DNA of 64,000 nt from Macrostomum lignano (Eukaryota): NCBI GenBank assembly GCA_002269645.1, contig NIVC01002787.1, positions 76,537 through 140,536 of the forward strand. Direction: 5' to 3'. Under the pieces are notes generated by a model, which saw only the letters and a program-made list of their open reading frames with translations, was not told where the DNA came from and searched no databases. Positions 41,630-53,232 of the stretch are shown piece by piece. Positions within the stretch are counted from its first letter, which is position 1, and each line of letters opens with the position of its first letter. The translations under genes and the position numbers were made by a program.

Positions 41630-41725
41630 TCATCTTCTCTAAATCTTCTTCTTCTTCTTCTTCTTCTTCTTCTTCTTCTCCTCCTCTCTTCTCTTCTCTT
41701 CTTCTCTTCTCTTCTCTTCTTCTCT
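41630..41725. repeat. (TTC)n and (CTTCT)n microsatellite
   Basis: Directly visible. Confidence 0.9.
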
Positions 41726-41987
41726 AAATCTTCTCTTTCTTGTTTCAGACAAGTTAATTTTTTTCCATCTTTAAAAGGAAAAAGAAAGTAAGGAGATTGC
41801 TAATATCAAATTACTTTTTTTCTTCTTTTAAAGATGCGCGGGCTGTAGCAGCGGCCTTCGAGTGGCAGCCTGTGTGAGTACCAAATTTGGGAAACTAACT
41901 GCTGCTCAAAAGTATATCATGTCATCCATTTATTTTTCTTTTGCTGTTATTTTCTTAAAAAGTTTCTCTTGAATTTTCTTGCTTGAA

Positions 41988-42443
41988 TCATTCTGCTCTC
42001 TTAACCCCCAGCTCTTTCAGCAGTCTTCCAGGTTCTTTACGTGGCGCGTGCAATATAAAGCCCACCCCTTCTCTCAAACAACCGCCCACCCCCAACTTCA
42101 ACTTTGTCTTACCAAAAATAACCGCCTTGACTAATTTCCTAGCAATCGACTCACGAAATCCGCTTGAAGCCCCCATATGGTCTAGTCTCTTAAGCATTTC
42201 TTTGTCCCACCGATTCTTCTCCTCAGGAAAATCTCTATACTTGATGTCATGCCACATGCAGACAGAGTCTAGCTCGTTCACAGGCTCATGCCCAGGATGT
42301 GGATTATTGTTTTTATCTAACTGTATTTCAAGTAGATTCAAAGGCCCGCAATATTTATAGCCGGGAACTGCCCAGCCTTTGTTTGGACGAGGAAGCTTTT
42401 CTATCAGTCCATGTGAATCTATTTTACCACCAGAGCGCTGCAT
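41988..42443 (-). CDS. P4 parvovirus VP1u-type phospholipase A2 protein, 151 aa
   Basis: Ca-loop PGYKYCGPLN and catalytic DSVCMWHDIKY; true start MQRSGG at 42443. Confidence 0.92.
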   Translation of the reverse strand: MQRSGGKIDSHGLIEKLPRPNKGWAVPGYKYCGPLNLLEIQLDKNNNPHPGHEPVNELDSVCMWHDIKYRDFPEEKNRWDKEMLKRLDHMGASSGFRESIARKLVKAVIFGKTKLKLGVGGCLREGVGFILHAPRKEPGRLLKELGVKRAE

Positions 42444-42473
42444 TATTTTATTTAAAATTTTCTTTTTAAATAA

Positions 42474-43511
42474 ATGACAGATCAGAAACTTAAAAAACTC
42501 TACTACAGCGACAAAGGATTCTTTGTAGGCAAAAATGCTGTTAGTAAACTCATGAAGCTGAGTAAGGAACCAAAAGCTACAGTAGAAAAATGGCTCTCTA
42601 AGCAGGCTGTCTTTCAAGTCTATTTCCCACCAGTAAAATTTGAAAGGCCCCATTTCAGTATTTATAAACCTAATGAGGCGCACCAAGCAGATCTTCTGTT
42701 TCTCCCCAATGACTCGGGCTACAAGTATGCTCTCACAGTAATAGACATTGCTTCCAGATATAAGGAAGCTCGCCCACTCAAGACGAAGAAGTCAGAGGTT
42801 GTTGCCAGCGCACTCCAAGATATTTATAAAAACTCTCCGCTCACATACCCCCAAACCTTTATGACCGACCCGGGTAAGGAATTCATGGGTGCAGTGAAAT
42901 CCCTTATGGAAAAGAAAAACACAGAGATTCGCTATGGCAGAACAAACTTGCACAGAGACCAGGCTTTTGTGGAAAGATTCAATCTAACTCTAGCCAAGAG
43001 GCTATTCACTAAGCAGACAGCTGAAGAGCTGAAACTAAAAAGTGGTCAGTACTATTCAAAATGGACAGACCGGCTCCCCACTGTTATAGAACAACTGAAC
43101 AATGAAGTCACACGTATGACTGGATTGAAACCATCCCATGCAATTAAACAAGACACTGTCGAACTTAAGCCATCTCATAGAACAGACAACAACACTACAA
43201 CCCCACACAACACACACAACACAAAACACACCTCGAACTACCCTAAGCTTCCAGGAGTTGAATCACCATACATACTGACAAACTCTGAGTTTCTACGCTT
43301 TTTATATCTACCTGGAGAGCTAGAGAAGGACACCAAAAGAAGAGCTACAGATCCATACTTCAGCCTTGATGTACATAAAATAGACAGACATTTTACCTCC
43401 GACTCCGGTGACTATTACTTTTTATCTCAGGCCTTTAACCCTAAATCCCCCACGCGGTCATTCACTAGAGCTGAACTCCTAGTGATACCAGCTGACACAG
43501 AAATTAATTAA
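42474..43511 (+). CDS. INT: P4 retroviral-type DDE integrase, 345 aa, intact
   Basis: HQADLL...IDIASRY, TDPGKEF, VERFNLTL. Confidence 0.96.
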   Translation: MTDQKLKKLYYSDKGFFVGKNAVSKLMKLSKEPKATVEKWLSKQAVFQVYFPPVKFERPHFSIYKPNEAHQADLLFLPNDSGYKYALTVIDIASRYKEARPLKTKKSEVVASALQDIYKNSPLTYPQTFMTDPGKEFMGAVKSLMEKKNTEIRYGRTNLHRDQAFVERFNLTLAKRLFTKQTAEELKLKSGQYYSKWTDRLPTVIEQLNNEVTRMTGLKPSHAIKQDTVELKPSHRTDNNTTTPHNTHNTKHTSNYPKLPGVESPYILTNSEFLRFLYLPGELEKDTKRRATDPYFSLDVHKIDRHFTSDSGDYYFLSQAFNPKSPTRSFTRAELLVIPADTEIN

Positions 43512-43527
43512 AATATTAAAATAAAAA

Positions 43528-43974
43528 ATGACAAAGATTGAAACCAGAACCATCAATAAACTCAATAAAATCATTGAATCAAAGAAACCAGGTATTATAT
43601 CAATTAAAGGTGCCAAAGTAAAAATCGATCCCACGCAGCAAATACTTCAGTGTAATGAGCAAAGACACAGCATCACAGATGAAAAGTCAGGAGGAATCCT
43701 ACCATTAGCAGCTCTTATCCCGATTATTGCAGGCGCTGTAAGTGCCGCAGGTGGTGTAGCTGGAGCTGTAGCAACTGCCGTTAAAGCTGGGAATGATAGG
43801 GCCCACCAGCTTGAATTGCAAAAGATTGCAAGAGACAAAGGTATAACAATTAAGGCAGGAGAGGGCTGCCCCGATCGTGATGATTGTGAGAATGAAAATT
43901 CTGTAAGCAAGTCTGACATTGTCAAAGCAATCATGACACTGCACAATGCTGGGTTTACAATAATGCGGATGTGA
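43528..43974 (+). CDS. P4 pX-like protein, 148 aa
   Basis: SGGILPLAALIPIIAGAVSA. Confidence 0.75.
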   Translation: MTKIETRTINKLNKIIESKKPGIISIKGAKVKIDPTQQILQCNEQRHSITDEKSGGILPLAALIPIIAGAVSAAGGVAGAVATAVKAGNDRAHQLELQKIARDKGITIKAGEGCPDRDDCENENSVSKSDIVKAIMTLHNAGFTIMRM

Positions 43975-44098
43975 TGAGGTTTAAAACCCCACTTTATCCA
44001 GCTTCATAAACCTAGCGCTACTGATAGGATGTAGAAACAGTTCAACTTTTCTATCAGGGTGGTCACCCTCAAAAATTTTTTTTATTTTAGAGAAAAAA

Positions 44099-47000
44099 AT
44101 GCCAAAAGCCAATCCAGCAAAAGATTTGTCAACAAATATTTTTCAAAAGGCGTCTCATTTCAAGACAAAAGTAATTTACTAAGAGAAGAATGTAAACAAA
44201 AGTTTAACACCGACCCTGGTCACCTGGGAAGCTATGAAAAACAGTTGGAAATCATCAATCAATTAGAATCCAACCAGTATACGCCTATAAAAAATCCTGC
44301 AAAGGAACACCAAGAGAGGAGTCGCAACTTAGTTAACAAATATGAAACTCTCACTGGTGAAAAAGCAAAGTACCCACAAAATAAGCAGGAACAAGAGAAA
44401 TTAGAGCAATTAATCCATTTAAAAGAGTCGGAGCTTGCCACTGAAGAGATTAATTTTGCACAGAGGAAGTTTACAGAACATTACATAGAGTACACAATCC
44501 CAATTAATGATACCACCGCAAACATCTACGACTATAAACACAGCATCCAATCAGTTGTTGATCACACACTCAAAACACGCAAGACTTTTAAACTACAGAT
44601 ATCATTCAAGATTGCGTTTTATATGCCTGCGAAACCCACTGAGCATCTCGAGTATTACATGACAACAAAGGCAAAGCCATTCACCCCAACAGACACACTG
44701 GATCCTTTCCTTCAAGATGTCACTAAGAAAATTGAAGCGTTTACATCCAGAGGTTCCGGATGGGTCGTGGGAGGGATTCAAAGAGCGACTGTCATGGTCA
44801 TGAAATATGACCCACTTAAAGCCTCCTCTTATATAGAGCTCCCACACAAGCTAGCCGGCAAAAAAGCTTGCATAAATGTTAAAAATAAAGACAATTGCTG
44901 TGCCTATGGGCAGTTCTTTCTGCACTTTTTTGTGTCCCTCACCACCCCGAAAGAACCTCAAATTATCAAAATTATTTCAACTACTATCTCATTGAATGCG
45001 AAAAGAAGGGAATCAGGTTTGACAAAGGAGGCTTGGCGATCTCTCAGATCCCAAAGCTAGAAGAAGTGTTTAATAACAAAATAAGAATCACAGTCTTTGA
45101 GTGGAGTGAAAAACTGAGAATGTTCAACCGGTCAGATGTAGCAAAGACGTTTTAGATCCTGAGGGGAAAAGGCGGACTGAAGTGGATCTTCTAGTGATTG
45201 GTAATTTACTAGAGGATGCTCACTATGTTTGGATTAAAGATCTTTCAAGACTCATTCACAAGCAATTGAATAATCATCACGAGGCTGTTGCCATCTGCCG
45301 CTTGTGCCTTAAGCATTACAGTGGGCCTGAGCGCTTTGAAAAACTAGCAGAGCATGAATTATCATGCGAGGATCACCCAACAAACTGCTCTCTTCCTTCA
45401 GCTGAAGAGAAGTATCTCCGGTTTAAGAACTATCATAAGATGGAGAAGCTCCCATTTGTTGTATATGCTGATTTCGAATGTTCAATCATGCCAGAAACTC
45501 AAAAACAAACTCCAACTCAAAAACATATCCCCAATTCAGTAGCATATGCCTTTATTAATACAAAAGGACTTGTTGAGTATAATTATTTCTTTGGAGAGCA
45601 GTGTGTGGAGCAGTTTATTGCCAGAATGTTAGAGTTGCAAAAAGTGATTAGCACCCTTCAACCTGTTCCAATAAGTATGTCTGAGGAGGATGAAAGCAAT
45701 TTACTATCAGCAACTCATTGCACATCTACAGGAAACATTTAACTTGCACTAATATTAAAAACCCCACCGTTAGGGACCACTGCCACTTTACTGGGAAATT
45801 TAGAGGTGCAGCGCATAACACCTGTAATCTAAAGCTAAAATCGAACATTCATGATCTAACGATATTTTGTCACAACGCAAAGAACTATGACATGCATTTA
45901 ATAGTTGAAAAAATCGGCATGATTCCAGACATACACCTTGATTGCATCGCAGAGAACAAGGAGAAGTTTAAGTGTGTTGATATTAAACAGGATAATTCGG
46001 GTACAGGTAAAATAAGACTGAAGGATTCATATCAATTTCTAGCTGCCAGTCTAGACGAACTAAGCAAGAATCTAAAAGATGAACAATGTACATATATAAA
46101 GATGTTTGCAAGTAAAATTAACAACACTGATGAATCATTTAAACTTTTAAGAAAGAAAGGCTTCTACCCCTATGAGAATATTACTGGGTATCATGTATTT
46201 GAAGAAGGTTTACCACCACAGGAGAAGTTCTTTTCAAAGCTAACAGACTCTGGAATCTCTGACAAAGACTATGAGCACGCGAAGCATGTCTATAATTACT
46301 TTAATTGTCAAAACTTCTTCCAGTATCACCTGCTTTACCTCTACACAGATGTGTTTCTGCTGGCCGATGTGTTTGAAACCTTCAGAGACACCTGGTACAC
46401 AGCATATGGCCTCGATCCAGCACATTATGTGTCTCTGCCTGCCACTAGCTGGGAATCTTTGCTTAAAATGAAATGGGATCAAGATCCAGATTGGTACATT
46501 GAACTTCTTACAGACATTGACATGTACAATTTTGTCGAATCGTCAAAACGAGGGGGAATCTCAATTTGCGTTAACAGGTATGCAAAAGCAAACAATCCCT
46601 ACATTGAATCTTACAATAAGGAGCAGCCCTCAAACTACATTACTTACTTGGACGCTAATAATCTCTACGGGTGGGCGATGAGTCAAGATCTTCCAGTTAG
46701 AGATTTTCGATGGCTACCCTCATCAGAATTCAAATGGGACTTTTCATTGGCTGCCATTTATGAGGTTGATGTTTACATTCCACCAGAGCTTCACGACTAT
46801 TTCTCTGACTTTCCACCCTTCCCAGAGAACATCAAGTGCCCGAAAATAATCGAAACTCCCAATGATAATAATGGAACTTGGCACCTGTCAGGAACAGAAA
46901 AAGAACATACAGAGAAGCTAACACAGAATCTAAACAACAAGACACGTTACAAAATTCATTACAAACTGCTTCAGTATTTTATCTCACTTGGTTGCAGGGT

Positions 47001-47931
47001 CACCAAAGTTCACCGGGCTCTTACATTTACAGAGGAAGCGTGGATGAAACCCTACATTGATAAAAACACCCAGTTTAGGACCAAAGCAACCAACGACTTT
47101 GACAAGAACCTCTTTAAGTTGGCCAACAACTCTGTCTATGGCAAGACTCTTGAGAATGAGCGGAAAAGAACAAACCTGAAACTTGTTACCTCATCAGAGC
47201 CTGATGTTATTCAGGCAAATATGTCAAAGCCAACATTCAAAGAACTCCATATCTTTAATAGCTACTTAGGTGTGATCATATTTTACAAAACCAAGGTGAC
47301 GCTGCGCAAGCCGATCTATACAGGTGTCACTGTTCTCGACGAATCAAAACGTCTGATGTACCAATTCTTCTATGGCATGAAGCAGCAGTACAAGGATAAA
47401 ATGAAACTCTTGTACACTGACACAGACAGTTTTATTATGGACATTCAAACAGAAGACATTTATCAGGACATGCTGCAGCAAAAAGAGTTGTTTGACTTGT
47501 CTGAGTATGACGAATCTTGCAGGACGCTGAATGGTGATCAAGTGTTTGACGCCACTAACAAGAAAGTGATTGGGAAAATGAAGGACGAGATTGCTGGTGA
47601 TATAATCACTGAATTCATTGGGTTGAGAGCAAAGTCCTATTTTATAAAATGTGAGTCGTCAGACCCAATCAAAAAATCAAAGGGAATTCCGAAACGTGTA
47701 GTTAGGAAGGAAATTAATGAAGCTGAATACAGAGACGCCTTGAATTGCAACAAAAAGACATCACATGAGTTCTCAAAGCTACAATCTAAAAACCATATTA
47801 TTCACACAATTCAGCAAAAGAAGATTGGACTGTCAGGTGCAGATAACAAGAAATTCATTTTTGATGACAATATCAACAGTCTACCGTTCGGGCATTGGAG
47901 GTTAGGTTTAGGAGGTGGATATTGGGTTTAG
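44099..47931 (+). CDS. pPolB: P4 protein-primed PolB (frameshifts near 44130, 44900-45000, 45115, 45720; 737-aa intact C-terminal part)
   Basis: All Exo and Pol motifs, as in P1. Confidence 0.97.
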
Positions 47932-47964
47932 GTTTAAGAGAAAGTTTAATAAACCTCATAAAAA

Positions 47965-48365
47965 ATGACGACAAATAACTTTCTTGAAGATTTGGCTAAC
48001 GAACTGGAAATCCCAAACTTTAGAGGAATATTTATGAGGGACACTCTGCCTGATTTTCCTCTAAGAAAGGAATGCGGCATCATGAACTTTGACACCACTG
48101 ATAAGCCGGGATCTCATTGGGTTTGCTGGGTGATTGATCCCGATCGCAAGCACAAGTGTTATTACTTTGATAGCTATGGGACGGCAGTACCAGAAGAGCT
48201 AAGAAATTATATGAAGGGAAAAAATAATAAAAAATTTACCACTCAGACTTTATTCTTCAAGGTCTTAGCAGTGATATTTGCGGTGAGCTGTGCATGACTG
48301 TTTTGTATGCAATGACCAAAACACGAAAGACCTACAAGGAAATTATTCTTGGCTGTGTTTCATAG
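47965..48365 (+). CDS. PRO: P4 adenain-like protease, frameshift in the A-run near 48225
   Basis: GSHWVC, YFDSYG; the C-terminal Q/C motif lies in the shifted frame. Confidence 0.92.
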
Positions 48366-48369
48366 GGGT

Positions 48370-49071
48370 TCATTGTGCATTTCTCGTTGTCCTTCTTTCC
48401 GCATAATGTTGAAGAACTTTCTCCAGTTCATTTCTCAGCTGACTCATGTCATCAGTACCGACCATGTTCAAGTTCATTCGAATTGATTGTTCATAAAGAT
48501 CCTGAATGGTTTTGAACTCATCCTCTGAAATGAACTTATCCTCGATTGCCCTTGAAATGTACCCTATGATTGAAGTGTGCACCCCTTTCTCTTTTACTTG
48601 CTTCTCCTGTAGCTGCTTTAGTTTTTTTCGCCTGTTTCGCGCTAATGCTCCAGTAATTGCTGAAATAAGTCCACATGCAGCACCCACAGAGCCGAGAGGG
48701 ATTGCGATTGGGGCTGTGATGACTGGCAACACTGAGACAGCTGCAGCAGATCCAGATAGAACAGACACAGATCCTAGAATCATATTGCTGTAGTCGAAAA
48801 ATTTACAGTGGTTGTCATAGCGCTTAATTTTCTTTGTGTTGTGGAAAATATTTTTTTCAAGATCATCGCGCATTTTTTGAATCTCCACTAGTCGAAACTG
48901 CTGAGAGTTACAAGTAATGACAGGGTAGAGTTTTTGTTGCTCATATTGGGGTGCATTCAGATTCGGTGCCAGGTTTTGTGTGTTCGAATTCGGTGCCATT
49001 GAGTTTGGTGCTGTCGGTATTTTAGGTTCAACGTATTGAGACTGATCGTATAGAGAATTTTGTTGGGCCAT
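48370..49071 (-). CDS. P4 membrane protein, 233 aa
   Basis: Homologue of 19492-20142 with a different repetitive N-terminus. Confidence 0.85.
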   Translation of the reverse strand: MAQQNSLYDQSQYVEPKIPTAPNSMAPNSNTQNLAPNLNAPQYEQQKLYPVITCNSQQFRLVEIQKMRDDLEKNIFHNTKKIKRYDNHCKFFDYSNMILGSVSVLSGSAAAVSVLPVITAPIAIPLGSVGAACGLISAITGALARNRRKKLKQLQEKQVKEKGVHTSIIGYISRAIEDKFISEDEFKTIQDLYEQSIRMNLNMVGTDDMSQLRNELEKVLQHYAERRTTRNAQ

Positions 49072-49167
49072 TTTTTTCTCTAGAAAAAATAATAAAAAAA
49101 AATAATAAAACTACCCGGTTGAAAGATCTGTTTTCTTTTTGATAATTCCATCTGCACTGCCGGTTGT

Positions 49168-52100
49168 CTAGGCGGCTCTCGTGACGCCGGAGGATCGCGA
49201 GTCCAGCAGGCAGCGGCTGGGCGGCTGACGTTTGAGAGCGTGCCGGATTACTCCGGCGGGGTCCAGAGCTCCTTCTACTCGATCTGTAGACATGACCGGA
49301 CGAGCAGCAGATTCTGCTTCATCAATAGCAATGTCACGAAGATTGAGTGTTCTCTCCAGACGATCAAGCCTCCTTAGTATTTTACCCCAGGAGCTATACA
49401 TTCCGTTTAGATAGCTACTGTGTGATACATCCTTTCTCTTTAATGCTTCAAGTCTTTCTTTGATTCGATCATGCAACGATGTTGACTGAGTCATGAACTC
49501 TTCTAAATTATTGACTTTAACTGTGTTGGTTGCGACGTTTTCTTTAATTCTATCATGCAACGCTGTTGACTGGTTCATGAACTCTTCTAAATTATTTACT
49601 TTAGCTGTGTTTGTGAAAACTCCTCCTTCGAGAATACGCATCCGTCTATCAGTGGAATTTCCCAGAAGATTAACTGATGATCTCAAGCCGTTGATTAGCG
49701 AGACTATCGAAGTTATTTCTGACCTAAGTTCATTAGTTGCGTTTAACAACGGCACATAAAGCTTATCACTTTCAAACTTCTGCCTAGCTACTTTAAGCCT
49801 GAGATCTTCCATGTGATGTAACCGCCCTTGTCGCCTGTCCGCTCCGTAGAGAGACGAACGCATGACTAGAGGGGGCAATGACCGTAGGCTGCCTATGACC
49901 GGGCAATGACCTGACGGACCTCCAGCACCAGATTGTCCCGCCCACATGATTAGTAGCTTTGGTAGCGCTTCGTGACCAGAGGGCCAAGGACCCACATGGA
50001 CCCCACCTGTAGCCAAGGTGCAATAGTTGGTCACTCGGTCATAGTATGACCGAGTGGCTGCCACCACTCTATGTGACCTGGCGCACCTGGATCTTTCTAC
50101 CAGACCTCTCGAGGCTAGAGCCCCGCCTGGATTGGTTACCAGGGGATTTAGGCTAACAGGGGAGACGCATGCAGCCGAGTACAGGGACTCTGCTTGGGGC
50201 ATGATCGGGAACTCTGGGCTCAATCCTGGAGGATTTCTCAGCAGGGGATCCTTTGTGGCTGTGAGCGAGGCTGACTTGCGACTTTGATTACTAAGAGTAG
50301 TATGAGGCGAACATGTACTGTCTACAGTTTAGATTGCTCAGGGCGAAGGGACGCGTTAGCATGGGGTTGCAACCTTCCTACTGCCATTCTGTGCCAAGAC
50401 TCGCTAATCCCTCTACTGCACGCACACGCGGCCCCGCAGCACGCACTCACAGGCGGGCTGTGCACGGGGAGAGGCCATTAGCTTACCCAAACTTCCTTAT
50501 GCTTTGCCACCCGGGAGAAAGGCTTAGCAAGCCATGAGTGAAATGATGGTGAAAGATTGAATAATGATGAAGTTAGTTAATAGTTAATAATTAGGCCCTT
50601 AGGCAAATAAGCAGGCAATTAGGCAGCTTCACTATTGAGTAAAATACAGCAAAAGATACGGTATCACAATTGGCTCAGCTCTCTAATCAGACAATGGAAA
50701 ATAGGCAAACCCCGGATAAGCAAAGGCAATTAGAGCACAAATTAGTAGCAGGAACTTACCGGCAGCTGCACAGAGAGAGAGAGAGACGGAGTGACCGAGG
50801 GCGGCTGTAGGCTGCAGTCAGGCGGACGGTGAAGCGGCGATGCGCTGGAGCGACGAGGCGCTGATGTAGATCAGGCGATGCTGATGATGCTGGGCGGTAT
50901 CAGACCGCTGGCCGATAGGCGAGCTCACTTGGGGAGCTAAGGATAACTTGGCGGTAACAGACCGCGGGCCGGCAGGGATTCGTCTTATAGACGAATGGGT
51001 CAGAACTCAATCTGACAGCAAGTCCAAAGAAGGACGAGGAGAGGAACAGAGATAAACTCAGTTGAGTATTCTCATGCCGAAATCGCTTCCTTTTATAGAC
51101 CTCACAGCCGCCTCCTCAAGGTCGTTACCATGGCTCCCTCTCTCTGATTGGCTGCCGGCAGAATGACGTCAGAATGAGTCATGATGAGAAGCATGAGACC
51201 GGCATAGCAACATGAGAAATCGGGAAATTGCGCAATCCGGAGGTGGGGTGGGGGGATAATTGGCGCAGCGGGTGGTCGCGAAAGTGTTGCGCAAGCAAAC
51301 ATTGAGAACAATAGGGCTGGGGTCGAGAACAAAGGAATTGGAAATCGGGGATCATTGGGGAAAACTGAGAACAATGGAAAAGTAAACATTGGAGAAAAGG
51401 TGATAATTAGGTGCGAAAACGAGAACAAAAGAAAGAGAAAATCGGAGAAAATGTGATAATTGGTGGGGGTCGAGAGAACAAAAGAAGCAAAAACGAGAAC
51501 AATAGAAGCGGAGGTGGGGTGGGTGTCACATGAGAAATTTGGGAAGGAGAACAATAGCGTGAGAAAAGGTTGCGCAAGAGAGGGGGATGAGTCATCGATG
51601 AGTCACCGAGGGGGAGAAGGGGTCACACGACTTGCGTCACCGTTTGGGAGTTTGAGAGGGGATGGGGAGACGGTGAGCACACAAAGTACTGAAAGTAGAC
51701 ACAGGGAAAGAGGGGACAGCGCAGGAAAAGAGTGCAGAGGGAGACAAAAAAAAGGAGGAGGTAGAGAAAGTACAGGAAGAATAGGGCGGGAACAGAAGAG
51801 ATAGGGTAGAGGGGGAGGTACAGAAAGGGGTAGGGGCTCCGGAAAGGCAGGTGTGGCGGCAGGAGAGACGGGACCAAGGCAGCAAGAGATGTGCAGCAGA
51901 GCGGGAGTCTCCAGGCCCGGTCGGAGACCTGGCCGAGTCTCGACAGCTCTGTGCAGAGGGTGCACGGGATAGGAGGCACTTTCGAAAAAGTTCCCATGCC
52001 CTATCCCGCGACCAGAGCGTGGTTACATCACATGTTTATTTGCAACTGGTGCATGGAGCGCTCTAATTGTTTCAGTCTGTTTTTATTCAGTTTGATCTCT

Positions 52101-52207
52101 GGGATCTTTTCGTCGCTGTTGATATATCGCCTGTCAAGGATGGATATCTGAGCTGATGTAAGAGCGCTGTTGCCAGAAATGGATTCACCTGCAAAGTTTA
52201 TCGACAT
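49168..52207 (-). pseudogene. P4 coiled-coil/fibre-like gene interrupted by the 2.2-kb insert
   Basis: 5' part MSINFAG from 52207; 3' part MEDLRLKV... ends at 49168. Confidence 0.88.
49814..52030. mobile_element. 2,217-bp TG..CA insertion, 4-bp TSD CATG (large solo LTR or non-autonomous TIR element)
   Basis: TGATGTAACC...GGTTACATCA 10-bp inverted ends; CATG at 49810-49813 and 52031-52034. Confidence 0.85.
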
Positions 52208-52223
52208 CTTTTAATAGCAAATT

Positions 52224-53024
52224 TTAAATTACAGTTCTTTTTTCTTTGCTGATAATCACAAACTGGTAAGGCTGATTCCACTTGTCATAGCAAAGATTAA
52301 CGAATTCCTCTTGTGAAATCTTTCTGCTTGAGTTTTTTGTTGGATTTATAAAATAGGCAGGCGCAATGACCTCATTGTAAAATCTTTTTAACCTGTCCTG
52401 TGGAATGGTTGGAAACAGGAGAATCAGATTGCAGTTCCCACGAATTGTTTTGTTCGGGAGCTCGAACCAGTTCTGTGCAATGTAAATTACATTACAATTG
52501 TTATGTCGCCCTCTTGTAAAATAGTTTTCTATCTGCTTCTGTGGGCCTGTCATACAATCATCAAAGACGATCAAATGCTTTCTCCCCTTTTCTAGCTCAT
52601 CTGGTTGGGGTAGAAGTTTGGTCTTTGGATCAGCCTGTGGATCTCCATAGGTGAACACTTTAATGTTCTGCCATTTTTCATTGTCTTTGAGGTGCTTTGC
52701 ATATTCGGCAGCTACAATTTCAGGGTTACTGGGAAGGCTCATTTGGTTATTAAAACATGCAATAATGTCCTCTTTGTTCAGCTTGTTTTGAAGCCCTGCA
52801 ATCAGCATTCTATACTCATCTTGATACAGTGTGGGAGAGTAGATGTGCAGAGTGTCATAGTCGATAAATCCAGGTCTAAGAAGCATGTTAAAGACTCTGA
52901 ATGTTTTACCTGAACCTGACGAACCAACAACAATGCATCTGAAGTGACTCGGGATTGACTCATGATGAGAAAACTTAATCTGATTACGCGTCCAGTGAGG
53001 ATTGAAGTCGTTTGAAAAGTCCAT
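52224..53024 (-). CDS. P4 packaging ATPase, 266 aa, intact
   Basis: GSSGSGKT, LIVFDD, RGRH. Confidence 0.95.
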   Translation of the reverse strand: MDFSNDFNPHWTRNQIKFSHHESIPSHFRCIVVGSSGSGKTFRVFNMLLRPGFIDYDTLHIYSPTLYQDEYRMLIAGLQNKLNKEDIIACFNNQMSLPSNPEIVAAEYAKHLKDNEKWQNIKVFTYGDPQADPKTKLLPQPDELEKGRKHLIVFDDCMTGPQKQIENYFTRGRHNNCNVIYIAQNWFELPNKTIRGNCNLILLFPTIPQDRLKRFYNEVIAPAYFINPTKNSSRKISQEEFVNLCYDKWNQPYQFVIISKEKRTVI

Positions 53025-53232
53025 TTTTTCTATGATGAAAAAAAAAATTAAATAATAAATAATTTAGATGTGTCATTTCGGGACTTAGATGTCTCATTTT
53101 GGGACTTAGATGTGTCATTTTGGTACTTAATTGTGTCATTTTGGGACTTAGATGTGTCATTTTGGGACTTAGATGTGTCATTTTGAGACTAGTCTTGTAC
53201 CTTTACATTTCTTGTACCCTCGGAAAGTACCT

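Noticed and set aside
49168-50223. 351-aa ORF as a novel fusion gene
   Set aside because: The N-terminal part is read-through from the inserted element into the broken coiled-coil gene; no evidence of function.
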